Shown piece by piece: positions 19,439 to 28,728 of a stretch of 59,933 nt of DNA (positions within the stretch are counted from its first letter, which is position 1; every line of letters begins with the position of its first letter). This stretch comes from Herpetosiphon giganteus (lineage in GTDB: Bacteria; Chloroflexota; Chloroflexia; Chloroflexales; Herpetosiphonaceae). A program made the position numbers and the translations under genes. The notes beneath the pieces were generated by a model that did no database searches, was not told the origin of the DNA, and worked only from the letters and a program-made list of their open reading frames with translations. Location of the stretch: NCBI RefSeq assembly GCF_016907925.1, contig NZ_JAFBCZ010000018.1, positions 64,001 through 123,933 of the forward strand, given 5' to 3'.

Positions 19439-20744
19439 CGCGTAGCTCCGCAGGAATATTGGATGGATCGCTAATATCGCTGGGGACGCTGCCACCGCTA
19501 CCGCCAGCATTGCCGCCGCCAGTCCCCTCGCCACCAGGCAAGGTTATTGAGGTATCGCCGCCAGTTCCTGGAGTCGTTTCGCCAGCGGCAGGCGCTTCCG
19601 GCAAGCTGACATCGGGGCCAAGCGCAGCGCTCGGTGGCGGCGATGAACGGCTGCCAGTGCCGGGATTATTGCCAGCGCCATTGTTGCTTGGCTGGCCGTT
19701 TTGGTTATCGCCTGGCTGGCCTTGTTGCGGCTGGTTGCCAGCTTGTGGCTCGCTGCCAGCTTGCCCATTCTGCTCGCCATTGGCCAAATCAGGTTGGGCA
19801 TTATCAAGCTGATCGGTCAGTTGGGCCAAATCTTCGAGCGCATCGGCACCATTTTGGGGATTGCCACGCAATTGATCGGCATCGCTACGCAAGCGCTCGG
19901 CCACTTCTGGCTGATCTTGCAATTGCGCGGCTGCTTGTTCAAGCCCATCGGCAATTTCGTTGCGGGTTTGCGGCGATAGCTGATCAGCTTGATCGGCAAG
20001 TTTGGACAATTCGTCGGCTGCTTGTTGCACATCGCCCCGACGCAAAGCATCGGCAGCGGCCCGCGTTGCGCCATTATCACTTAAGCCATCAGCCAAAGCA
20101 TCGGCAATTTCTTGGCCTTCGGGGCTGATTTCTGGTTGTTGATCAGGCTGATTGCCCACTGGCTGATTGGGATCAGCAGCGGGATCTTGCTCAGTGGCAG
20201 GCTGTTGCGGCGGTTCAGTCGTGGTTAAACTGGCCAACTCGCGCAATGGCTCGGTGGTTGGGGCTGGCAAGCCAGCATTAATTTGGCCCAAAACAAACAA
20301 GCCAGTAGCCAACACCGCAGCCAAACCTAAACTTTGCCATTCAAGCGCAATCGGCGCAAGCACGCGGGCGGTGGCATCGTTGGCAACGCTAGGCAAACGG
20401 CGCTTGGCACGTTCGATATTCACCGCGTGAAAGCCACCACGTTGGTCGTGAAACTCGCTGGCAGTGCTCAATTGGGCATTTAATTGATATTGCTGATCGA
20501 GCATTTGCACAAATTGGGCTGGGGCAAGAATTGATTTCCACGCATACACCCCGCCCAGTGCTGCCACCAGCACCACAATTAAGCCTAAGATCGGCCACGT
20601 AAGCGGCCAAGCTAGCCAGTTTCGGCCAATTAGGCCAAGGCATAACACCGCCAAGGCCATCCAAGCGGCGCGAATCAATAAGCGCTGGCGTTGGCGCTGT
20701 TGAACTTCGACATATAATTCAAGAATTTGTTGGGTCAGATTCAT
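19410..20744 (-). CDS. Hypothetical membrane protein with 4 TM segments, a coiled-coil/acidic middle region and a Gly/Pro/Ser-rich tail
   Basis: Start moved to the MNLTQQILELY methionine. Upstream partner of DUF58 on the same strand. Confidence 0.5.
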   Translation of the reverse strand: MNLTQQILELYVEVQQRQRQRLLIRAAWMALAVLCLGLIGRNWLAWPLTWPILGLIVVLVAALGGVYAWKSILAPAQFVQMLDQQYQLNAQLSTASEFHDQRGGFHAVNIERAKRRLPSVANDATARVLAPIALEWQSLGLAAVLATGLFVLGQINAGLPAPTTEPLRELASLTTTEPPQQPATEQDPAADPNQPVGNQPDQQPEISPEGQEIADALADGLSDNGATRAAADALRRGDVQQAADELSKLADQADQLSPQTRNEIADGLEQAAAQLQDQPEVAERLRSDADQLRGNPQNGADALEDLAQLTDQLDNAQPDLANGEQNGQAGSEPQAGNQPQQGQPGDNQNGQPSNNGAGNNPGTGSRSSPPPSAALGPDVSLPEAPAAGETTPGTGGDTSITLPGGEGTGGGNAGGSGGSVPSDISDPSNIPAELRDAIQDYFGR

Positions 20745-20840
20745 GTTTGCGCTCCTAGCCTTGCGCGCTGGTGAATAGCTGCATGCCCTGAGGGGTGGGA
20801 AGGACAACTAAACAGTTGCAATTATGAGTGTACCATAGAA

Positions 20841-20868
20841 TTACAATGGATCGGCCTCTGCTATAATT
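20841..20868 (+). promoter_or_regulatory. Candidate sigma-A promoter for tkt (-35 TTACAA, 16-nt spacer, -10 TATAAT with upstream TGc)
   Basis: Lies 37 nt upstream of the tkt GTG start, which is preceded by RBS aggagg. Confidence 0.35.
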
Positions 20869-20904
20869 GACAGTTGGAACTGATACATCACCGCAGGAGG
20901 ATTT

Positions 20905-22911
20905 GTGACTCAAGCACATACACTCGATGAACTGGCCATCAATACAATCCGCATGTTGGCGGTTGATGGCGTGCAAGCGGCTAATTCGGGCCACCCAGGC
21001 TTACCAATGGGGGCTGCGGCCATGGCTTATGTGCTGTGGACGCGCCACCTCAAACATAATCCGGCTAATCCAGCTTGGGCTGACCGTGACCGCTTTGTGC
21101 TGTCGGCGGGCCATGGCTCAATGCTGTTGTATAGTTTATTGCATCTCACGGGCTACAGTGACATGACGCTCGATGATTTGAAGAATTTCCGCCAATGGCA
21201 CAGCAAAACCGCTGGCCACCCAGAATATGGCTATGCCGCTGGGATCGAAACCACCACTGGCCCGCTTGGCCAAGGCTTTGCAACTGGCGTGGGCATGGCA
21301 ATTGCCGCCCGTCACTTGGCTGGCACATTCAATCAAGCTGAACTCGAAATCGTCAAGCACCATATTTATGCAATTGTCTCCGATGGCGATTTGGAAGAGG
21401 GCATTAGCGCCGAAGCCGCGTCGTTGGCAGGCCACCTCAAATTAGGCGAGTTGGTTTATCTCTACGATGATAATGAAATTTCGATTGAAGGCGATACCTC
21501 AATTGCCTTCACCGAAGATGTGCCAGCCCGTTTCCGCGCCTATGGCTGGCATGTTCAAGAGATCGATGGGCTTGATACCGAGCAAGTTGATGCAGCCTTG
21601 ACCGCCGCCAAAGCAGTGACCGACCAACCATCGTTGATCGTGGCCCACACCGTGATTGGCTATGGCTCGCCTAATCGGGCTGGCACGGCCAAAGCGCACG
21701 GCGCGCCACTAGGCCCCGATGAAGTGAAATTGACCAAAGAAGCCCTTGGCTGGCCGCTCGAACCAACCTTCTACGTTCCTGAAGAAGTGTCGGCACATTT
21801 CCGCGAGGCCTTAACCAAGGGCGCTGCTGCTGAGCAAGCTTGGAACGAATTGTTTGACCGCTACGCTGAAGCGAATCCAGCCAAGGCTGCCGACTTCAAG
21901 CAACGCATGGCTGGCGAATTACCAGACGGTTGGGATAGCAAGTTGCCGGTTTGGGAAGCTGATGCCAAGGGCGTGGCAACTCGCAAATCATCAGAAGCAG
22001 CGCTCAACGGCTTGGCCGAGCAAATTCCGGCCTTGATTGGCGGCTCGGCAGATTTGGCCGAATCGACCTTTACCTTGATTGAGCATGCAGAATCGTTCCA
22101 ACCAGCAACACCTCAAGGCCGCAACATGCACTGGGGTATTCGCGAACATGCGATGGTCGCAGCCGTCAACGGCATGGCCTTGCATGGCGGCACGATTCCC
22201 TACGGCGCAACCTTCTTGGTGTTCAGCGATTATTGCCGCGCCTCGATTCGCTTGGCAGCCTTGATGGGCATTCGCACCATTCAAGTCTTTACCCACGATA
22301 GCATTGGCGTTGGCGAAGATGGCCCAACCCACCAACCAATCGAACACATTCCATCGTTGCGGATTATTCCCAATTTGAATGTGATGCGACCTGGTGATGC
22401 CAATGAAACCAGCCAAGCCTGGCGCGTGGCCGTAACCCACAAAGGCCCAACCTTGCTGGCCTTGACCCGCCAAAACTTACCAACCCTTGATCGCAGCCGC
22501 TATGCTTCGGCAGAAGGCGTGGCCCAAGGTGGCTATGTGTTGGCTGATAGCGACGGCCAACCAGAACTGATTATCATTGCAACCGGCTCGGAATTGCAGC
22601 ATGCGGTTGCTGCCTACGAGCAATTGAGCGGCGAAGGAGTCAAAGTGCGCGTGGTTAGCATGCCATCGACCTTCTTGTTTGATGCGCAGTCGGCGGAATA
22701 TCGCGAAAGCGTGCTGCCCAAGGCTGTGAGCAAACGGATTGCGATTGAAGCTGCCCATCCAGTCACGTGGTACAAATATGTTGGCACCGAAGGCGATATT
22801 ATTGGGATTGATCACTTCGGTGCATCAGCGCCAATTAATATTTTGATGAAGGAATTTGGCTTTACCGCTGAAAACCTGATTGCCCGCGCCAAGGCCTTGT
22901 TGGCTAAGTAA
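20905..22911 (+). CDS. tkt: Transketolase
   Basis: TPP-binding motifs GHPGLPMG and GDGDLEEG; full length 668 aa. Confidence 0.95.
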   Translation: MTQAHTLDELAINTIRMLAVDGVQAANSGHPGLPMGAAAMAYVLWTRHLKHNPANPAWADRDRFVLSAGHGSMLLYSLLHLTGYSDMTLDDLKNFRQWHSKTAGHPEYGYAAGIETTTGPLGQGFATGVGMAIAARHLAGTFNQAELEIVKHHIYAIVSDGDLEEGISAEAASLAGHLKLGELVYLYDDNEISIEGDTSIAFTEDVPARFRAYGWHVQEIDGLDTEQVDAALTAAKAVTDQPSLIVAHTVIGYGSPNRAGTAKAHGAPLGPDEVKLTKEALGWPLEPTFYVPEEVSAHFREALTKGAAAEQAWNELFDRYAEANPAKAADFKQRMAGELPDGWDSKLPVWEADAKGVATRKSSEAALNGLAEQIPALIGGSADLAESTFTLIEHAESFQPATPQGRNMHWGIREHAMVAAVNGMALHGGTIPYGATFLVFSDYCRASIRLAALMGIRTIQVFTHDSIGVGEDGPTHQPIEHIPSLRIIPNLNVMRPGDANETSQAWRVAVTHKGPTLLALTRQNLPTLDRSRYASAEGVAQGGYVLADSDGQPELIIIATGSELQHAVAAYEQLSGEGVKVRVVSMPSTFLFDAQSAEYRESVLPKAVSKRIAIEAAHPVTWYKYVGTEGDIIGIDHFGASAPINILMKEFGFTAENLIARAKALLAK

Positions 22912-22988
22912 TCGTTGCTTGATTGAGCATGTAACGCGAAGTACGAGCAGTTCGTGCTTCGCGTTGTGCTGTTGAAAGGAAATAAATC

Positions 22989-23432
22989 ATGAAAATTGCG
23001 GTTGGAACCGATCATGGTGGCCTGATTTTGAAGCAAGCAGTGATTGAGGCAGTGCAGCGGCTGGGCCATGAAGTGCTCGATTTTGGCACCGATTCGCCAG
23101 CCTCGGTCGATTACCCTGATTTTGCGGCTGCGGTGGGCAATGCGGTCGTTAGCGGCCAAGCTGAGCGCGGGATTGCGATTTGTGGCAGTGGCGTTGGCGT
23201 GACTGTTGCCGCCAACAAAATTAAGGGTATCCGTGCCTGTTTATGCCACGACACCTACTCGGCGCATCAAGGCGTTGAGCACGATGATCTGAATGTGCTC
23301 TGTTTGGGCGGGCGGGTGATTGGCCCAGCCTTGGCCGATGAAATTGTGCAAGCCTTTTTGAGCGCCAATTTCCACAACGAAGCACGCTTTACCCGCCGCT
23401 TGGATAAAGTAATCGCCCTCGAAAACCAATAG
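22989..23432 (+). CDS. rpiB: Ribose-5-phosphate isomerase B
   Basis: Motif [11 protein letters not shown]...[20 protein letters not shown] gaaagga. Confidence 0.9.
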   Translation: MKIAVGTDHGGLILKQAVIEAVQRLGHEVLDFGTDSPASVDYPDFAAAVGNAVVSGQAERGIAICGSGVGVTVAANKIKGIRACLCHDTYSAHQGVEHDDLNVLCLGGRVIGPALADEIVQAFLSANFHNEARFTRRLDKVIALENQ

Positions 23433-23444
23433 ATCACCAATCAA

Positions 23445-23484
23445 AAAAGCCCCGCCCTTGGTTTGAATCAAGGGCGGGGCTTTG
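23445..23484. terminator. Bidirectional rho-independent terminator (aaaagccccgccctt...aagggcggggctttg)
   Basis: Perfect 11-bp GC-rich stem flanked by A/T runs. Sits between convergent rpiB and the S1 protease gene. Confidence 0.75.
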
Positions 23485-23503
23485 GGCTATTCAGCGCAGC
23501 GAT

Positions 23504-26110
23504 TTAGTTCTTCATTACTGCTGGCAAGTAGACCAAGGCTGGGCCTTCTGGCTCAGATTCTTCGGTACAAGCCTTCACGCTGACGTTATCGATCTTCCAG
23601 CCATCAGGCCGGCCAACTGAGCTGTCCGAGGCAAGACGGAAGCGGAACATCACGGTTTCGCCGTTGTAGGCTGCCAAATCAACCACGCTCTTGATCCAGT
23701 CTTGTGGGTCGCCACACCAAGCATCGCGGCCATTAAGTGGGTTCGATGCAGCAGTGATTGCGCCATTGTATGGGTCGGTCAACAAGGCAGCGTTAGGAAT
23801 TTGCTCCCATGCGGAGCCGCCATCGGTTGATACTTCAATCAATGCGCCATCATAACAGCCGCCATCGGTGCGATCTTCAATCGTTTGTGAGTTCCAGAAT
23901 TGCAGGGTATGGGTCACACCTTCGGTCAAGGTAATTGCTGGGGTCGTCAGCCATTGATCTGATGCTGTGGTCGGATCAATCGCCTTCATCCCTGAAGTGC
24001 CACCGTAACCAAATGCACCGTGTGCCCAGGTATTGCCAGTGCCACCGCTAACCCAGTTTGGATTGGTTTCGAAATTTTCTTCGAACGTAACCACAGTTTC
24101 GGTGCCAATTGAACAATCGCCAGGTGCTGCTTCAGTGGTAAAGCTGAAGATCGCGCTATTGGCGCTAACGCCACACGCATTGGCAGCGCGCACGCGCCAG
24201 TAGTGTTTGGTGTTGGTGCTCAAAGGAGCGCTGGTCAAGCTGGTCAACTCGGTCGTAGCCGTGTAAACCAAATTACTGAAGCTAGCATCGCTAGCAATTT
24301 CGAGCACATAGCTATCTGCGCCAGTAGCGCTTGACCAAGTGAAGGTTGGGGTATCGCTCACATCAGTAGCGTTGTTGGCTGGTGCGGTCAAGGTTGGTGC
24401 TGCGCTTGGAATGCCAGCCGAGATGCTGAGATCCAAATCAGCGGTGCGGGTGATGCTCGTGCTATCGGCATGCACCACAACCGTGTAATCACCAGCTGCG
24501 GCAGCAGTTACATTTCCAATGGTTAGTTGGCTGCTCAAGGTTGGTGAAATCACTGGGTTTGGCGTAAAGGTTGCGGTTGCGCCAGCAGGCAAGTTGCTTG
24601 CCGAAAGGTTTACCGGCTCGCTGAAGCCTGAAATCCAGTTTAAGTTAACCGTGGTTTGGCCCGAAGCTGGGGCACAAACTGCCAAGCTGGCAGGGCTGAG
24701 ATTCATGGTGAACGCAGGCGAACCACCATTACCATCAAGCACCAACGTCCCTGAGTTGGTTGGGTCAAGCCAATCCTTCAAGCGGCTTGCGCTGGTACCG
24801 CCACCATTCCATGATACAGAAACCCGACCATACCAGTCTGATAAATCGTTACCACAGGCAGCGCCGCCACCATGCAGTTGGCCAACGACACGGTGATTAG
24901 GGTCATACAAGGCTGAACCTGATGAACCGCGTTCGGTTGTGCCTAAATCCCAGTCGACAACCCGCACGTGGGTGCCATCGCCTGGCACTGTTTCCCCGCC
25001 ATAGCTGGTGGTTTGGGTCGCTTGGTTTTCAAAGCTGATCCGTTTTTCTTCAACACCTGGGTGGTGAATCGCCACAACGCTGGCAAAGTCGCCGCTTTGC
25101 GCATTCCAACCAGCCCAGAATGGTGAGTATTCGGTTGGAACTGCATCATCAAGCTCAACTAAGGTCATGTCTGATGGCGCATATTCGGCGCGTAAAATTG
25201 CCCCCGTCATGGTTGTATTGGGCTTGGGCAATGGCGTACCATTTTCCGGCGAGCCAACCGTGCGACACAAGGTTGATTCGTAGTTCCAATATGTCACCAT
25301 CGAAGCAGCATTGCCTGCGCTAATGCCACAGTGATCGGCGGTCAGGAAGTAGGGTTTTTGATCTTGGGCGGTGTTGTTGAGCAACGTCCCAGTACAGGTG
25401 TCCGCACCATTCAAGGTGTAGGCTGCAACTGAATTGATTTCTGAGCGCCAGTCGTCGCCTTCTGGACAAATAACGTCGACATTACACGAGCCTGATTTAT
25501 CGACCAAGAGATCACGCGGAACGCCGAAGCCACTAAAGCCACGGTTGATTGCGCTCAAGGTCAGGTCGGCAGTTGCAAACTCGCCACTATCAGCGCTATA
25601 TTCGATGATCATTTCATCGCCAGCGACAATTGGAGTCCACAATTGGCCATGATCTTCGTTATCAGCAGCACCATATGGCCCAATAACTGAGCGATAATCA
25701 GGGCTGTACATAAACAATTGGCCGCTCTTGGGCAGGTTATAGCGCGTATAGCCAAGGTTAATCGACAAGGCTTTGGGAGCGCTAATTCGCAAGCGAGCTA
25801 CCGTACGATTGCCAACGACTTCGATCGTCGATACTTGCTTGATGTCAAGCGAGGTTTGATAGTCTTTGGCAAAACGCATTGGGGTATTGCTTGGGCGTTT
25901 GGCTGCATCTGAGCGCTCTTTGGCCACATCAAGTTCTGGTACAGCAATCTGGGCTACTGTCGCCAAATCTTTCAAGCCTTGCGCCAATGCCAACGGTCGG
26001 TCGGACGTGCTGGCTTGATTCTGCGCAGCAGTGAACGGCACCTTCGCCCCAATTACCGATAATAAAACGGTAATCGCAAGTAAAGCAAATAGCCAACGGG
26101 ATCGAACCAT
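23504..26110 (-). CDS. Large secreted S1-family serine peptidase (lysyl-endopeptidase-like) with FN3-like and C-terminal beta-sandwich domains
   Basis: Signal peptide. TADHCG (catalytic His region) and GSSGSAL (catalytic Ser region). An FN3-like segment (PTFTWSSATGADSYVLEI). C-terminal domain ...MFRFRL...WKIDNVSV, ending VYLPAVMKN. Confidence 0.75.
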   Translation of the reverse strand: MVRSRWLFALLAITVLLSVIGAKVPFTAAQNQASTSDRPLALAQGLKDLATVAQIAVPELDVAKERSDAAKRPSNTPMRFAKDYQTSLDIKQVSTIEVVGNRTVARLRISAPKALSINLGYTRYNLPKSGQLFMYSPDYRSVIGPYGAADNEDHGQLWTPIVAGDEMIIEYSADSGEFATADLTLSAINRGFSGFGVPRDLLVDKSGSCNVDVICPEGDDWRSEINSVAAYTLNGADTCTGTLLNNTAQDQKPYFLTADHCGISAGNAASMVTYWNYESTLCRTVGSPENGTPLPKPNTTMTGAILRAEYAPSDMTLVELDDAVPTEYSPFWAGWNAQSGDFASVVAIHHPGVEEKRISFENQATQTTSYGGETVPGDGTHVRVVDWDLGTTERGSSGSALYDPNHRVVGQLHGGGAACGNDLSDWYGRVSVSWNGGGTSASRLKDWLDPTNSGTLVLDGNGGSPAFTMNLSPASLAVCAPASGQTTVNLNWISGFSEPVNLSASNLPAGATATFTPNPVISPTLSSQLTIGNVTAAAAGDYTVVVHADSTSITRTADLDLSISAGIPSAAPTLTAPANNATDVSDTPTFTWSSATGADSYVLEIASDASFSNLVYTATTELTSLTSAPLSTNTKHYWRVRAANACGVSANSAIFSFTTEAAPGDCSIGTETVVTFEENFETNPNWVSGGTGNTWAHGAFGYGGTSGMKAIDPTTASDQWLTTPAITLTEGVTHTLQFWNSQTIEDRTDGGCYDGALIEVSTDGGSAWEQIPNAALLTDPYNGAITAASNPLNGRDAWCGDPQDWIKSVVDLAAYNGETVMFRFRLASDSSVGRPDGWKIDNVSVKACTEESEPEGPALVYLPAVMKN

Positions 26111-26338
26111 GCTCTAACCTCCTGAGGTGAGTTCCACACAACACTGAGGGGAATTGAGAGGATTTGTTAATAAGCTTAATATAAAAAGATTTAGCTCATT
26201 TGTCAAATTTATTAATTATTGTCTTATCGCGATAAGCCGATATATATTCAATTCGACGCTAAATGAACAAGTTCAATTTAGCTAGCTAGATGGAGATTCA
26301 GATTAATTTAACTGCAATTAAATAACGCATGTGGGCAA

Positions 26339-26390
26339 CAAAAAAACAGCATTCTTCAAATAATACACTTTTGTCAGAATGCTGTTTTGG
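26339..26390 (-). terminator. Rho-independent terminator downstream of the FAH gene
   Basis: Minus-strand RNA: stem aacagcattc...gaatgctgtt followed by uuuuuuug. Confidence 0.6.
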
Positions 26391-26397
26391 TGTGAAA

Positions 26398-27267
26398 TTA
26401 ACCGGCGACAACCGGATTGCGCAGCATGCCAATGCCCTCAACTTCGGTTTCGAGCAAATCGCCTGGGCGCAAAAATTCTTGCGGGGTGCGGGCAAAGCCC
26501 ACGCCAGCAGGAGTGCCAGTTGCAATAATATCGCCTGGTTCAAGGGTCATGCCTTGCGAGAGCACGCTAATTAAGGTTGGAATATCAAAAATAAGATCGT
26601 TGGTATTGGATTCTTGCTTGATCTCGCCATTGACCCGTAAGCGCACAACCAAATTATGCGGGTCGGTCAACTCGCTGCTGGTGATAATCCACGGCCCCAT
26701 TGGGCACGAGCCATCGAGCGCTTTGCCTTTGAAAAATTGCTGGTGGCGGGTTTGCAAATCGCGGGCCGAAATATCGTTAATCACGGTATAGCCCCAAACA
26801 TGCTCCATGGCTTGCTCGCGGCTAATGTTTTTGCCAGCTTTGCCGATGATCACGCCCAACTCAACTTCCCAATCAATCCGCTCGGAAACCGCCGGATCGA
26901 TCACGATTTCACCGGTTGGGCTATTAATGGCGGTTGGTGGTTTGGTAAAAAAGACTGGATGTTCGGGCATTTTGACCTCAAGGCCTTTGGCTTGCAACGA
27001 TTCGCGCGCGTGGGCAGCGTAATTCAAGCCAACACAAAACACATTTTTCAATGGGCGTGGCAACGGAGCCAATAATTGATCAAGATTGAGCTGAATGCCT
27101 GCACGGCTTTGATATTCAGGCAAGGCTGCTTTGACGATTTCTAAGCCAGCATCACCAGCCTCAATCAAGGCTTGCAGTGATTGATAGCCATCGAGCAACA
27201 TCACCCGATCGCCGAGCACAATGCCTGGGCGCGGCCCAACCGCTGTTTTGAGCGTTACAAATCGCAT
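26398..27267 (-). CDS. Fumarylacetoacetate hydrolase (FAH) family protein
   Basis: FAH-family sequence over the full 289 aa (GLNYAAHARES..., metal-binding acidic residues). Confidence 0.8.
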   Translation of the reverse strand: MRFVTLKTAVGPRPGIVLGDRVMLLDGYQSLQALIEAGDAGLEIVKAALPEYQSRAGIQLNLDQLLAPLPRPLKNVFCVGLNYAAHARESLQAKGLEVKMPEHPVFFTKPPTAINSPTGEIVIDPAVSERIDWEVELGVIIGKAGKNISREQAMEHVWGYTVINDISARDLQTRHQQFFKGKALDGSCPMGPWIITSSELTDPHNLVVRLRVNGEIKQESNTNDLIFDIPTLISVLSQGMTLEPGDIIATGTPAGVGFARTPQEFLRPGDLLETEVEGIGMLRNPVVAG

Positions 27268-27363
27268 AGTATCTCCGCAATATCGCCATGATAGCGTTTT
27301 CGCACCATCGTTTTGGCAAAGAATATGCTTGCATTATAACGATATTCGCTTATGTTGATGAAG

Positions 27364-28608
27364 CTAGCTTGATTCAGGGTTGAGCTTGACGACCAACAAG
27401 GTCAAATCGTCGATCGGCGGCGTGCCACTCTGAAAGGCGCGCACATCACCAAGGATGGCATCTGCAAGGCCATGGGCTGGTAAGCGTCCATAGGCTTGGA
27501 CCGCTGAAATCAAGCGCTCGCGACCATAGGTATCGCCAGCAAAATTGCGCGCATCACATAAGCCATCGGTATAAAACACCAAGGCATCGCCTGGCTCTAA
27601 ATCGATGTGCATCTGCTCGAAAAAGGCTTCTTCGGTGATGCCAACGGGCATACCACCACCCTCAAGCATCGCAACCCGCCCTTGTTTTGAGCGATAATGC
27701 AACGGCCAATCGTGGCCCGCTCGCACATAGCTAAATCGTCGCCGCGCCAGATCCAAATGCGCATAAACCATGGTAATCACTGCTGCATCAAGGTTGGTGG
27801 TACGAATTAATTGATTGAAGCGTTCGACCAACGCCAAAGGATCACGCTGATCCATACCCAGCAACAGGCCTTTGGCCAGCGCCATCACCAAGGCAGCGCC
27901 CGCGCCTTTATCGCAGACATCGGCCATTACAATTGAGAGCATGTGCTCGCTAAGTTGGCGCACCTCGTAGAAATCGCCGCTCATTTCGTAGGCAGGGAAG
28001 GTCGCGGCGGCAATCACCACGCCATGCACATTGGGAAAGCTGGTAGGAATCAAGCGGCGTTGTAATTCGCGGCCCAACTCCAATTCCCGGGCGGCTCGCG
28101 CGCGACGCAACGCCTCTGCTTGAGCTTGCTCCAAAGCTGTGTAGGCATCAGTTAAAAGCCGATTTTTATGGCGCAAATCTTCCAAGCGGCGTTCATCGGA
28201 GCGGCGCACATGGGCCGCAACTCGGCGCAACATATTGTAGGCAATCGCGGGGTAGGTGTGTAATAAGGTTTCAAATGCCGCAATCGGAATCTCCAAGACC
28301 TCGCTTTGGACGACTGCAATTGCGCCAGCGGCCCGCGTGCCATCAGGCTCCAATAAGCTCAGCTCGCCGAAAAATGCCCCAACCCCCAACAAACCAAGGG
28401 TCGTTTCCTCGGAACTACCTTGCTCAAGCACCAGCCGCAAGGTGCCACTCACCACCACATAACAGGCATCGCCACGATCACGCTGGTGGAACAACCACGC
28501 ATCTGCCGGCAAGCCACGGATTCGGGCCTGACCATCGAGCATTTGCAAGCCTTCGAGCGAAAGGTCAGCAAATAGGGGCACTCGACGTAGGAACTCCATT
28601 TGGGACAT
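27364..28608 (-). CDS. Fusion protein: N-terminal cyclic-nucleotide-binding domain plus C-terminal PP2C/SpoIIE-type Ser/Thr phosphatase domain
   Basis: cNMP-binding motif GELSLL...RAA. PP2C motifs SGDFYEV and DVCDKG...YTDGL. ATG for MSQMEF follows RBS aggaggtg; the ORF track starts at an upstream GTG. Confidence 0.75.
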   Translation of the reverse strand: MSQMEFLRRVPLFADLSLEGLQMLDGQARIRGLPADAWLFHQRDRGDACYVVVSGTLRLVLEQGSSEETTLGLLGVGAFFGELSLLEPDGTRAAGAIAVVQSEVLEIPIAAFETLLHTYPAIAYNMLRRVAAHVRRSDERRLEDLRHKNRLLTDAYTALEQAQAEALRRARAARELELGRELQRRLIPTSFPNVHGVVIAAATFPAYEMSGDFYEVRQLSEHMLSIVMADVCDKGAGAALVMALAKGLLLGMDQRDPLALVERFNQLIRTTNLDAAVITMVYAHLDLARRRFSYVRAGHDWPLHYRSKQGRVAMLEGGGMPVGITEEAFFEQMHIDLEPGDALVFYTDGLCDARNFAGDTYGRERLISAVQAYGRLPAHGLADAILGDVRAFQSGTPPIDDLTLLVVKLNPESS

Positions 28609-28728
28609 ACCCACCTCCTAGCAACGACCAAAATCCAGCATAGCACGCTCGCTAGCCTGATGCAAGACAGGCTTGCGCAATGGCTGCGGTACAATACAGC
28701 TATACCTGCTTAGTGATGGAGGAAGACC

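Noticed and set aside
21991-22473. 160-aa minus-strand ORF, and 22477..23159 minus-strand ORFs
   Set aside because: Antisense to transketolase and rpiB.
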